From a virus: 64,000 nt of DNA. The DNA lies in the IMG/VR virus record IMGVR_UViG_3300009177_000030, positions 1-64,000 of that record; one strand, 5' to 3'. Below, piece after piece: positions 9,544 through 18,703 of this stretch (position 1 is the stretch's first letter; each line of letters begins with the position of its first letter). The position numbers were made by a program, and so were the translations under genes. The notes under the pieces were generated by a model. It did not search any database. It was not told the origin of the DNA and saw only the letters and a list, made by a program, of their open reading frames with translations.

Positions 9544-9597
9544 AGGATTTGGCGGGAGCAGTCAACTAAGGATTTGCAGGGAAGCGCCGTAGTTTAG
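9521..9597 (+). repeat. Three tandem degenerate copies of the scaffold 3' end (GGATTTG...stop)
   Basis: AGGATTTGGCCGCGGTTAACTAA / AGGATTTGGCGGGAGCAGTCAACTAA / GGATTTGCAGGGAAGCGCCGTAGTTTAG. Confidence 0.8.
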
Positions 9598-9623
9598 CGC
9601 AGTAAAAAAGAGAGGGTATCTAT

Positions 9624-10832
9624 ACGCCTGACATCGCATCGCAGTTAACAGTCACCACTCGCCGGTACATCGACACCAATCCGCAGTTGCGCGACCTCGT
9701 GTTCAATCACGACCCAACCATGTCGTTGATTGCCGAGGAGTGCCACACCGAGATCGGCGGCGGACTGAACTGGAACTACGATATCGAGTACGATGTCCAG
9801 GACGGCGGCCCTTACTCCAAGGGCCAGGATCTGCCGGCCGACCAGCGCCAGATCGAACAGCAACTTCAGTTCCAGCCGAAGTACAACGCCGTGATGATTC
9901 CGTTCTACAAGGAAGACATCCGCGTTCACAACGTGGCTGGCGATCCGCTCGCAGTCGTGAACCTCGTGACTTCGCGCGTCGACAGTGCCTTCATGCAGTT
10001 GGGCGCACAGACCGCACTCCAGCGCTACCTGCAAGGCCAGTCTGCAGCATTCGCCAAGTTTCCCAATGGACTGCTTGAGGCATCCAGCGACGGCGTGAAT
10101 CCCGGCTGGGACGGTAACACGTATCCGGTATACGGTACGCTGACTCGCGCCACATACGGCGGCCGCATGCTGTCTCCGAAGCCTTACAACTTCGCCGGCG
10201 GTCAGATCACCCTGCCGATCATCGACCAGATCTATCAGTCCGTGAACTTCGGCTCCGGCAAGTACGAGCCGAACGCGATCACCACAACCGTTGTCGGTTT
10301 CGGCCTCATCCGCAACAACTTCCAGACCCAACAGCGCTTCCAGAACGTGACGACCGCTAAGGGCGGCTTCCGCGGCCTTGAGTACAACGCCGCCGTGATC
10401 TACGGTTCCCGGTATTGCCCGGGTTCCTATCTGATGAACCCCTCCGGCGGCGGCGCTCCGACCAACCCTGCGACTCCGAACACCACCAACGGCACGAACG
10501 ACAAGGTTGCGCAGCGCATGATCCAGTACGCCACCAACGGCGCGTCGAGTGGTTACCCGGCTCCGGCAGCGATGTTCGGCAACGGTGCGGGCGGTGCGGG
10601 AACCGGCCCCTTCAGTGGCCTTTGCTTCGGCGAAACGATCTGGGTCGAAAACATCCGCAAGCCTATGGTTGTGTACAGCACCTCGAAGAACAAGCCGTTC
10701 GATGGCTCACTCGACGACGACGGATTCATCCCGTCTGCGGGCAACACGAAGCTGGTCGGGAAGGTTTTGCTGGCGCAAAATTATTGCATCCTGCCCGGTC
10801 ATGTGGGCTACGGCTATAACTACCAGAGCTAA
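9624..10832 (+). CDS. Major capsid protein (HK97 fold); probable start is ACG at 9624, track calls TTG 9687
   Basis: About 400 aa after scaffold; capsid-like motifs (LTVTTRRYI...LRDLVF, YGTLTR, TQQRF, GFRGLEYN); GAGGG 7 nt before ACG. Confidence 0.85.
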   Translation, partial: TPDIASQLTVTTRRYIDTNPQLRDLVFNHDPTMSLIAEECHTEIGGGLNWNYDIEYDVQDGGPYSKGQDLPADQRQIEQQLQFQPKYNAVMIPFYKEDIRVHNVAGDPLAVVNLVTSRVDSAFMQLGAQTALQRYLQGQSAAFAKFPNGLLEASSDGVNPGWDGNTYPVYGTLTRATYGGRMLSPKPYNFAGGQITLPIIDQIYQSVNFGSGKYEPNAITTTVVGFGLIRNNFQTQQRFQNVTTAKGGFRGLEYNAAVIYGSRYCPGSYLMNPSGGGAPTNPATPNTTNGTNDKVAQRMIQYATNGASSGYPAPAAMFGNGAGGAGTGPFSGLCFGETIWVENIRKPMVVYSTSKNKPFDGSLDDDGFIPSAGNTKLVGKVLLAQNYCILPGHVGYGYNYQS

Positions 10833-10856
10833 AAGGACTTACAGGAGAAATTTATC

Positions 10857-11447
10857 ATGGCACAGGTCTATCGCAAAATTCAAAATCCGTACATGCCTCA
10901 GGGCCTGCCCACCCTGACGAATGCTCCCAGTCCCGCCTATGCGCCTGGAGAATTGGGCTGCACCTTCTCCGACGAAAACACCGGCGATACTTATCTCCGC
11001 GTCCAACTCGACTCGGGCGCCACGGCATCCACAGCGGTCGGTGCGGTATCGGCCGGCCAACTCGCGTACTGGAAGAACGTTGCAACCGCAACCGTTACGA
11101 ACGACAAACAGCAATGCGACCTCGGCCCGACAGCGGCTCCGAACCGTATCGCTGGCGTGTTCCAGTTGGCCGTGTCGACCACTCCGAACGTCAACGGAAC
11201 GGATGGCAACCCGCAGCTTTACATGACGGATCTGATTATCCGCAGTTCGGCGCCGCGGACAGTGGCGGTTTCCGGAACGCCGGCGGCGGGTGGATTTGCA
11301 ACGGGTAATACGTCGGCCAACACAGCGAACGCAGTCTCGACTGCCGCTGGCACCGCGGCTCCCTCACAGATCGTTGGTGTCTGGACCTCGGCCACGGTAA
11401 CGAACAGCACCGCACAGTGCGATATCAACGTTCAGTTCTCGGAGTAG
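10857..11447 (+). CDS. Capsid decoration/cement protein
   Basis: AGGAG RBS, follows capsid, Ala/Thr/Gly-rich with G..Y..VQ motif. Confidence 0.65.
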   Translation: MAQVYRKIQNPYMPQGLPTLTNAPSPAYAPGELGCTFSDENTGDTYLRVQLDSGATASTAVGAVSAGQLAYWKNVATATVTNDKQQCDLGPTAAPNRIAGVFQLAVSTTPNVNGTDGNPQLYMTDLIIRSSAPRTVAVSGTPAAGGFATGNTSANTANAVSTAAGTAAPSQIVGVWTSATVTNSTAQCDINVQFSE

Positions 11448-11461
11448 TCCAGGAGAGATAA

Positions 11462-11707
11462 ATGGCAGCGCTTACAGCAACAAATTCTCCCAGTCGGCAC
11501 GTTGCCGGAAACCTGGTTATCCGGTTCTACAATCTTTCCGGAACGAACGGTGATACTTTCGCCCTGCCGACCGGCGCAATCCGTATGGTAGTCCCTGTAG
11601 CCACGACGGCCATTGCGATCGGCTGCACGTTCACCAGCAACACGATCACGTTCGTAACGGCTGGCGCATGGGCGGCCCGCGTGATGGTTATGACGGCTGT
11701 GGGGTAA
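11462..11707 (+). CDS. Small beta-rich virion protein
   Basis: AGGAG RBS, head operon. Confidence 0.6.
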   Translation: MAALTATNSPSRHVAGNLVIRFYNLSGTNGDTFALPTGAIRMVVPVATTAIAIGCTFTSNTITFVTAGAWAARVMVMTAVG

Positions 11708-11708
11708 T

Positions 11709-11897
11709 ATGGCAGAAGATAAATGGATGCAGGATGTCCATCCGAAGAAAGGAACCTTGCGCTCCGAACTTCACGTCAAGTCTGGTCATAACATCCCGCT
11801 GAAGAAACTTGAGAAAGCGGCGCACGCGCCCGGGAAACTAGGCAAGCGTGCCCGGCTTGCGGAAGTCTATCGCGCATCGTCGCACAAGAAAGGCTGA
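11709..11897 (+). CDS. Conserved small basic phage protein
   Basis: KW.Q....KKG.L...L.V..G..IP.KKL.KAA.APGKLGKRARLA pattern recognised as a widespread phage family of unknown function. Confidence 0.75.
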   Translation: MAEDKWMQDVHPKKGTLRSELHVKSGHNIPLKKLEKAAHAPGKLGKRARLAEVYRASSHKKG

Positions 11898-11900
11898 ATC

Positions 11901-12170
11901 ATGGACGAATCTCCAAGCCCATCCCACGGTTCCCGCGAACTCATTGAAGTCTCGTTCAAGCCAGCCACAGGCGGCATGATCTCCGAAACCCGTCACAAGA
12001 CCGGCGGCGGTAAGTTCGGCCCCGACTACAAGCACGATACCGCGGTTCACGGTTCGCTTGGTCATGCAGTTCGGCATCTGAAGGCGGCGTTTGGGCAGGT
12101 TGGAGCAAGCAAGAAAAAAGAGCCGGGGATGAAGAAGTCAGACCGCTCAGCTAGTATGAAGAAGGGCTAA
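11901..12170 (+). CDS. Small basic protein
   Basis: Lys/His-rich ORF at the end of the head operon. Confidence 0.6.
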   Translation: MDESPSPSHGSRELIEVSFKPATGGMISETRHKTGGGKFGPDYKHDTAVHGSLGHAVRHLKAAFGQVGASKKKEPGMKKSDRSASMKKG

Positions 12171-12200
12171 AGGATTTTGTTGCGCTCCCCGCGCATTACA

Positions 12201-12238
12201 GGGCAGGCTGTCTTCCTCCGGGACGCCTGCCCGTTTTT
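12201..12238 (+). terminator. Rho-independent terminator of head operon
   Basis: GGGCAGGC...GCCTGCCC followed by GTTTTT. Confidence 0.7.
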
Positions 12239-12256
12239 ATTGGTACGGTAGATTAG

Positions 12257-13507
12257 ATGGATAATTTCACAACGCTTTCGCAACGCCTTCTGAACCGCGC
12301 CCCTCAGATCGGCATAGTCTTAGCCGGTCAGTTGGTGAACGATGCTTGGAGAACGTTGCAGGCCCGCAGGGACTGGTCGTGGCGCCGCCGGTCGCATACG
12401 TTTGCACCACCTACCTTGTACCAGGAAGGCGCGGCCAGCACGAATTCTGCAATCGGGTCACCAACGCTGGTCACAGGCGTAAACACTACCTGGACTTCAG
12501 ACATGATCGGCCGCCAGATTCGGATCGGCGGACTTTTATATCCGTATTACACAATTATCGGTTGGCTTTCTGCGACCGCAATTCTGATTGACCAGCCGTG
12601 GGCCGGCACGGATGTCACTAACGGTCCTTACCAGATCCTGAAATGCTATTTTGAAGTCCCTTCGGACTTCGGATACTGGGAAGTCGTCGCCAGCCTGAAG
12701 GATTCCTATCGGGTCTATCACCAGGCCACTGAAGACGAGCTCGCGCTGTACGATCCTCAGCGGACGAATCAGGGCCAGACCTACGGCATCGCGTTCTTTG
12801 ATTTCAGCAGCACGTACGGTGGGGTAGTCGGGCCCGTGATTCCGGTGACCTCTCCGACGTCTCCATCGCCGATCTCGACCACCACGTCGGGATACTCCTA
12901 CCCGGCGTCGGCCACGTTCATCGTTCAAGTAGTGACGGGTGGCGTTACGGGAGTGGCCACGTTCCAGTGGATTCGTGCTGGCCAGACTTCGTTCCAGCCA
13001 ACGATAATCACCGATACTTCCCCGCAGGATTTATCGGACGGCGTGCAGGTCTATTGGCCGGATACGCAGACGTATGTGTCGGGAGATTTGTTTGTAATAA
13101 ATTGCATCCCGATGATCACGGAAGGCGTCCCGCGGTATGAATTTTGGCCAGCGCCCACATACTCCCAGTACCTGTACAGTTCGGTGTACTTCGCCAAGGA
13201 ATTCGATCTGACTCCGCAGGCACCCACGTTGCCGCCTCCGATCGCTAACCGCGGGGAGGTGCTTTTAGAACTGGCTTTGGAAAAATGCGCGCAATTCCCA
13301 GGGCAAGACCTAGATCACGCGAATCCGTATTACAGCCTACAACTTGCTAAATATCACTTTGAAAAGTCGGAAATGATGATCGAGGATTTGCTTTCGAACG
13401 ATCAGAATATTGCGATCAGCAATATAAGTTACGAAAGTTTTCCGTTTTTGGGGCCGTGGGCCGATGGTGGTTATCGCCAAAGTCACTCGCCGTATTTGAA
13501 TGGATGA
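12257..13507 (+). CDS. Head-tail adaptor-like protein with inserted beta domains
   Basis: N-terminal helices, VNDAW......W.W, Y..PSDF, P..YEFWPAP..Y adaptor-type pattern. Confidence 0.65.
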   Translation: MDNFTTLSQRLLNRAPQIGIVLAGQLVNDAWRTLQARRDWSWRRRSHTFAPPTLYQEGAASTNSAIGSPTLVTGVNTTWTSDMIGRQIRIGGLLYPYYTIIGWLSATAILIDQPWAGTDVTNGPYQILKCYFEVPSDFGYWEVVASLKDSYRVYHQATEDELALYDPQRTNQGQTYGIAFFDFSSTYGGVVGPVIPVTSPTSPSPISTTTSGYSYPASATFIVQVVTGGVTGVATFQWIRAGQTSFQPTIITDTSPQDLSDGVQVYWPDTQTYVSGDLFVINCIPMITEGVPRYEFWPAPTYSQYLYSSVYFAKEFDLTPQAPTLPPPIANRGEVLLELALEKCAQFPGQDLDHANPYYSLQLAKYHFEKSEMMIEDLLSNDQNIAISNISYESFPFLGPWADGGYRQSHSPYLNG

Positions 13508-13543
13508 GGCCGTTAATTTCGGGAATTATATACATGAGTACAG

Positions 13544-13672
13544 TTAGCCTTTCTTTGCAGCACGTTTGGCCCTCTTTTTTTCGCGGCGCTTCGATGCCTT
13601 CGCTTTCTCCTTCGGCTTGTAGTTCAGCACTACATCGGAGATCAGGTCTAAGTCTTTGGGGGTGGTGCTCAT
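13544..13672 (-). CDS. 42-aa basic peptide at IS right end (copy 1)
   Basis: MSTTPKDLDLISDVVLNYKPKEKAKASKRREKKRAKRAAKKG; frame conserved in copy 2. Confidence 0.75.
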   Translation of the reverse strand: MSTTPKDLDLISDVVLNYKPKEKAKASKRREKKRAKRAAKKG

Positions 13673-13818
13673 TTGGATTCCTTCAGGACTTTCCAGTAAC
13701 TCTTATGGCCGCTGTATTCGCAGCCGTCTTTCATCTTCACCCAGAGGCAACCGTTAATCACTTTGGTGACGACACCAACCTCGCCAGTCTTTTTCAGTTG
13801 AACTGTTTTCCCGGTCAT
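13669..13818 (-). CDS. Small hypothetical IS passenger (49 aa)
   Basis: ATGA overlaps at both ends. Confidence 0.6.
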   Translation of the reverse strand: MTGKTVQLKKTGEVGVVTKVINGCLWVKMKDGCEYSGHKSYWKVLKESK

Positions 13819-14552
13819 CCGAACAACTCCAAGTTGCGGGCTATTGGGCCGTTCCACTTGGCGGCGCTGGCATGATTCTCGATATTGTCCCTCAAGAGCA
13901 TGGCTCTGGTTTCCTTACGCTTCGGGATGTAGGAGCCAGTCCATGCGGAGTCTATCCCGATATTTCGCGCCACGTTCGTGCTATCCACACTGGCGTAGGG
14001 AATCACCGAAAATACCTCCGGGTCCATCTGCCGCAAGCCGTGGAGTTTTACGTGCGGTCTACCTTCAGCGTCACAGGCCACGCCCATCGCTTCGGAAATT
14101 CGGCCCCACCACTTTCCCGTTCCGATAGTCACGAACTCGCCAGAGCTGCCGATAGCCACGCGCGACCACTCATCCACCAGCCATTGCAGGGTATCCAGAG
14201 ATTCGTGCATGTGCCAGACCGGGACACTGATCGAATGCGGCAACGGCCAATCCAATATGAGTTGCCTATTCTCCTGTTCGTTGCCGTCGATCACGTCGGG
14301 TATCAGGCACCAGTCAAAAGCCGGATGCCGGTACCAGGTTTCCACGAACGACAGATAGGACGGAACGTCAATAGTTCCCTTACCGGCAGCGAAAATCGGC
14401 CATGCACCGTTATCAATTGCCACGCTATCAGCGACCGCGAAAGCCAGTTCCGTCTGCTGGGGGTTGGCGAATGATACCATCGCGTGCGACCGCTTCCAAC
14501 ACGCAAGGGCGGCTGGCTCAGGAGTTATCGGGCCACCGTGATAGCGAATCAC
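13815..14552 (-). CDS. TGT/DpdA-like TIM-barrel protein (putative base transglycosylase)
   Basis: IDNGAW (cf. DSGGF), IPDVIDG, PVWH, LHGL, SVDSTN motifs; GTG start overlaps upstream stop. Confidence 0.55.
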   Translation of the reverse strand: MIRYHGGPITPEPAALACWKRSHAMVSFANPQQTELAFAVADSVAIDNGAWPIFAAGKGTIDVPSYLSFVETWYRHPAFDWCLIPDVIDGNEQENRQLILDWPLPHSISVPVWHMHESLDTLQWLVDEWSRVAIGSSGEFVTIGTGKWWGRISEAMGVACDAEGRPHVKLHGLRQMDPEVFSVIPYASVDSTNVARNIGIDSAWTGSYIPKRKETRAMLLRDNIENHASAAKWNGPIARNLELFG

Positions 14553-15358
14553 TGGGCACACTCGCAGGGCAGCGCGCTTTCGGTTTCGTAAAGGTTGACC
14601 AGCCGTTTCGCCTCTTTCCAGAACGTGCCAGGCTTCAGCAGTTCCGTAGCCCCTACGCCAGCACGGCGCATAACCTCGAACTTGTCACCGAGTTCCAGCA
14701 ACGAATGGCCCTTGATGATCGTGTAGCCGATTTCCTCTTCAGCCCAGAGTCCACGTTCCCAGACATCGGGCCGCGTGCAGTAGACGACGTACCAGTGCTG
14801 CATTCCGGCCTTCAGGCATCCGGTGCAGTTGGCGTGACGAAACACGCTGTACGTATCCGGCGGCAGGATACCGATCTCAGAGGTAGTTGTTATCGTGCGC
14901 TCCCACTGCGCCAGAGGAAACGCCGTGCGGTAACCCATCACGCCAAGAATCTGAGCACGCCGCTGGATTCGGGCCGGTTCCTTGAGGTCGAATCCGTAGT
15001 AAAGCATGGAAGTCTGGTCGATCCCGTTGGCCTTCAGCCATCCGTAAAACGGCTCCGTCTTCATGCGGTTAGTGCAAAGGGCCGTTCCGTTTCCGACCTT
15101 GAAAGCCCCGGCCTCAACCACTACGTCAAACTGATCCTTTCGGAACCAGTCCGCCATATTCGCATAGGTGACCGGCACGCCGATGTATCCGGCGATCTCG
15201 TTTTTGTACCGCTTAATATCGGCGTCTTCAGAAGTTCCGACGATATCGTGGTTCAGGAGGATCAGGGATTCGTTGCCGAATTTCCGGCTGACTTCGATGG
15301 CGGTAAGTGCCGACGATTCCCCACCCGAATAGCAGATGATGTGAGCATTCTGGATCAT
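14549..15358 (-). CDS. PAPS-reductase/PP-loop family protein
   Basis: YSGGESS PP-loop, CT..MK.EP, GFD..E..R, FPL, HANC.GC.KAG, C-terminal CEC. Confidence 0.8.
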   Translation of the reverse strand: MIQNAHIICYSGGESSALTAIEVSRKFGNESLILLNHDIVGTSEDADIKRYKNEIAGYIGVPVTYANMADWFRKDQFDVVVEAGAFKVGNGTALCTNRMKTEPFYGWLKANGIDQTSMLYYGFDLKEPARIQRRAQILGVMGYRTAFPLAQWERTITTTSEIGILPPDTYSVFRHANCTGCLKAGMQHWYVVYCTRPDVWERGLWAEEEIGYTIIKGHSLLELGDKFEVMRRAGVGATELLKPGTFWKEAKRLVNLYETESALPCECAQ

Positions 15359-16359
15359 GCCGACACCTTCGCAATCAGCCGCTCATACGTCAGGCGCTTG
15401 CCCACGATGGCGTCAATGAACGATTCCAACCGCCGCATAGTGTGGCGCTTCACATCGCCTTCGTTCAGCCGGAACGTGAATTCGTCAATGTATCGGTGCA
15501 GATGCTTTGGAGACACCTGATGGTAAACGCCATGAATACCGCGCTTCAGTACCGCCCAGACCGATTCAATTCCGTTGGTATGGGCTACGCCGTTGACCCA
15601 TTGACCAGCGGAATGGTTGCAGGTTTCGTGCCGGAAGAACAGGCCGTTCAGATCGGTATATGCGCCAAACTCATCGGTGTAGATTTGCGAACCGGCTTCC
15701 ACCGCGCCGTGAATCTCATTCTGGACCGTGCCAGCGTCCGTGGAGTCCACCACCATAGCGACCGTGCGGCCACCAGCGCCCCGCTCCCGCATTCCGAGCA
15801 CGGCAGTCTTTCCGACCGATCCCCTGCCAGCCTTGAGCTTCTTATGCTCGTGTTTGTTCTTTTCCTTGCCGCCTACAAACGTCTCGTCAATTTCGATAAT
15901 GCCGCGAAGTTTGTCGATGTTGTCCGGCGCGGAGCAAGCCTCACGCAACCGGCCCAAAATGAACCACGCGGTTTTCTGTGTGACGCCAATCTCTTTGGCA
16001 AGTTGCATAGAGGAAATCCCCTTGCGGGCCGTGACCACCAGATACTCGATGCTCTTGAATTCCGGGAACGTATTCCATTTCTCTACCCCGTAATTCGCAC
16101 CGTCGAACCGCATCCAGCTATTGCCGTGCCTGAATGAAATCTCGTTATCGGTCATCCAACGAGGCCGAGAATCCGCCCGCAGCATCGTGTCGTTGAAGCA
16201 GCCGCCTTCTGGCGTGTAGAGCCGAACGTGATCCACTGCGATGAGAGCAACAGCCAGAGGATCTGTGGATAGGGGAGCAAACGCACAGACAGAAGAGTAC
16301 TCGGGAGTGATCCAGGGGAAGCCTTCATTGAGGGCGTGGGTTATGCGGGTGACGGTCAT
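15355..16359 (-). pseudogene. 5'-truncated IS1595 transposase fused in frame to about 105 unrelated codons
   Basis: EIDETFVGG, YTDE, NHS, TNGIESVW.VLKR, HL.RY..EF.FR.N present; Zn ribbon absent and replaced upstream of YLVVTARK. Confidence 0.85.
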
Positions 16360-16808
16360 ACCGATAAATCACTGAACAACTTCAACACATTTTCTCTCTT
16401 CGATGAACCTCGCATCGTTCGGGGCGACCGCAGACTGATTACCATCGACGGATATAAATCCACCTTGCGCCCATCCGCTCCACGATGGCGTCGGGTGACC
16501 TGGTATCGCCATTACTTGAGCGCCTCGGTAATCGATAAGGATTTCGCCGCAACGCGAGCAACGTTGGACGCCACCGATCATCTCGCCCGCGATATGGACA
16601 GTTATCATCAGGTTTTCCTCGGCAGGCAACGACAAGCACGTGGCCCAAGCCTTCGACCACACTTCCGGCAACGTCTGTCGCCCTTGGGAATCGCGCGGAC
16701 TGACTTCATTTCTTCGGTCTCCTCGGACAGTTCGCGAAGTGTCCCCTCATTTGCCGCGCTGTCAACTTCGCCCCGCACTTCCAGCCGCAGGGCATTGTGA
16801 CTCCGGGT

Positions 16809-17366
16809 TTAAAGGGCAACGGGAACCCGCTTCAGACCAAAATCCCGCAGTTTGATTTTCGCCATACGTCCATCTGTGTGATGGAAAACCAGACCTTCGA
16901 TATCGCGTAATGACAGCCACTCCCGTAGCCCATCAAAATCTCGGGGAGCCTCCGCGAAAGACTCCAACGCGCTATGGTATTTCAGAACGTGGACAGGATA
17001 ACCCTCTGGGTTCCCCTGAACCTTTGGGCCTAATAGTTCGCAGGTTCCGTCTGTCATTCCCGGCACGAATGCCTCACGGTGCCATCTATCTTCGGGGCCA
17101 TCGCCTACGGGCACCCATCCGATAACCTTCCCAGTTTCTTCGTCGCTAGTGACGCGCTCAAATCCAACAGGGTTGGCGTCCGTCTCTCGAAGTTCCCGAC
17201 GCTTATAAAGTTTCCCGTCTCGGATCATACAGCAAGTACCGTCAACCTTGCGAGTGGCCACGCCTTCGCCAACAGAAACCCATTCACAGCCAGCGTGGAC
17301 CTGATTTATGACTCGACTTCGGTCGCCGTTCCAGTCACGTTCAAACATCGTTGGAATCTTGTTCAC
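16809..17366 (-). CDS. RNA ligase-like nucleotidyltransferase (DUF5565/RLIG1-like)
   Basis: KIPT.F, ATRKVDGTCC (KxDG motif I), ELLGPKVQGNP, EGLVF, MAKIK; GTG start at 17366 likely. Confidence 0.75.
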   Translation of the reverse strand: MNKIPTMFERDWNGDRSRVINQVHAGCEWVSVGEGVATRKVDGTCCMIRDGKLYKRRELRETDANPVGFERVTSDEETGKVIGWVPVGDGPEDRWHREAFVPGMTDGTCELLGPKVQGNPEGYPVHVLKYHSALESFAEAPRDFDGLREWLSLRDIEGLVFHHTDGRMAKIKLRDFGLKRVPVAL

Positions 17367-17598
17367 AACAGTATAGTGACACCATGACGCCGATATTGTC
17401 AACCACTTCGGCCAGCATCCAACAACAACAGCTATTTCGGCTCCACATACTTCCACCTCACCGTCATATCGTTCTTCGGTAGGTACGTCACGTACAAACC
17501 GGGAACGGTCAGATCAGTAGTATCGCCACGGTCTGAGTTCTCGATGACGATCCGCTTTCCGGCAACGCGGCGAAGCTCGTGGATTATAGATTCGGGTT

Positions 17599-18207
17599 TC
17601 AATCTCCGGTCCTCCCAGCGTCCCGCCCATCCAGAACCCCCTGCGCATGGCCGGCCGCTCCGGCCAGTTTCTCCAGCCTCTCAGTCATGCCATTGGTCTG
17701 TTCGGTTACTGTATCCAGTTTGTCAACGACTTCTCGTTGATGGACGTTCGCTGCTGCCAGAATTCGACCATCAGACAGGTACTTCAGAACCGATTGCAGC
17801 GCGACCCCGAGGAATGTCAGGATGCTGGTCAGTAAACCCGCATATATCAGGGCGTTGTTGCTTTCGCTCGTCTTTGCTGCATGGTCCGCGCTGGCCACAG
17901 CGGCGTCTGTCTTGGCCTCAACGCGCACCGATGTTTCTTCCGCTTTGGATACCGCTTGCTCCGCATGGACAACGTTGTGGGCTGCAACTTCACTGGCTGT
18001 TTCGCGTTGCTGTGTGGCTTCGACAGCACGAGCCTTAGCATCAACGTTTGTTTTTGCAACCGCCTTGGTCAGGGCCTCGATTGTCAGTGCCTGGGCTTTT
18101 ACCTGTGCCTGTGCCGCGGCGAGTGCGTCGTCCGTTTTTGCCGCGAACAGAGCCGGAGTTAGAAGCAGGATCGTCAGTGCGGTTTTTATCATCGTGCTCC
18201 CTTTCAT
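17599..18207 (-). CDS. Signal-peptide coiled-coil membrane protein (possible lysis accessory)
   Basis: MIKTALTILLLTPALFA signal, Ala-rich coil, second TM segment. Confidence 0.6.
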   Translation of the reverse strand: MKGSTMIKTALTILLLTPALFAAKTDDALAAAQAQVKAQALTIEALTKAVAKTNVDAKARAVEATQQRETASEVAAHNVVHAEQAVSKAEETSVRVEAKTDAAVASADHAAKTSESNNALIYAGLLTSILTFLGVALQSVLKYLSDGRILAAANVHQREVVDKLDTVTEQTNGMTERLEKLAGAAGHAQGVLDGRDAGRTGD

Positions 18208-18334
18208 GCCCTTCGATCATCTGCAGCGCGAGAGATCTGTAGATAGAGTTCTCCGGCAATGCCGCATAGGTTCTCCACAGGGCGCGGCATAGGCGGCGTT
18301 TAAGGTACACATTGGATTTATTCTACCGCAAATG

Positions 18335-18361
18335 AAAAACCCCGGAATTACTCCCGGGGTT
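18335..18361 (-). terminator. Rho-independent terminator
   Basis: Minus strand CCCCGG-GAGTAATT-CCGGGG-TTTTT. Confidence 0.75.
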
Positions 18362-18409
18362 AGTGAACCAGATGGCCTGATGTCGCCGCCTATTAGGAAT
18401 TTCAGTATA

Positions 18410-18682
18410 TTACACAGTCGGCGCAGTCGCTGTCAGAACTGCCGTTTCCGCATCCAACTTGTCACTCAACGCGTTCAGTGCGGTCGCCGCAGCTTCCACA
18501 TCGGCATCGGTCGAATTAGGCTGAGAGAGTTTATCGGAGATCGCCTTCAGTTCAGCACTGGTGCTGTCATTTAGGCGCGTTACTGCTGCTTTCAAATCGT
18601 CGATGGCTGCCATAATTTTAAAGTTCCTTTGGATAATCCAGCCGATGCCGAGAAGTCCGAGAACGGCCAGAGGTGTGTACAC
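18410..18682 (-). CDS. Ala-rich coiled-coil protein
   Basis: ORF; alternative start at 18613 (MAAIDDLK). Confidence 0.6.
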   Translation of the reverse strand: MYTPLAVLGLLGIGWIIQRNFKIMAAIDDLKAAVTRLNDSTSAELKAISDKLSQPNSTDADVEAAATALNALSDKLDAETAVLTATAPTV

Positions 18683-18703
18683 GAGAATAATGTAGCACTT
18701 TTA

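Larger units (their letters stand above)
13521..16045 (-). mobile_element. IS1595-family (ISNwi1-like) element with passenger genes, left end deleted (copy 1)
   Basis: End GGGAATTATATACATGAG fits the ggnnatTAT terminus; ISXO2-like transposase; 152-bp end near-identical to 52001..52152; similarity to copy 2 stops at 16045. Confidence 0.85.

Noticed and set aside
14402-15520. Long plus-strand ORF (also 51981..53108, 9645..10331, 61836..62492, 47570..48397)
   Set aside because: Antisense shadows of genes with clear motifs; no recognisable protein features.
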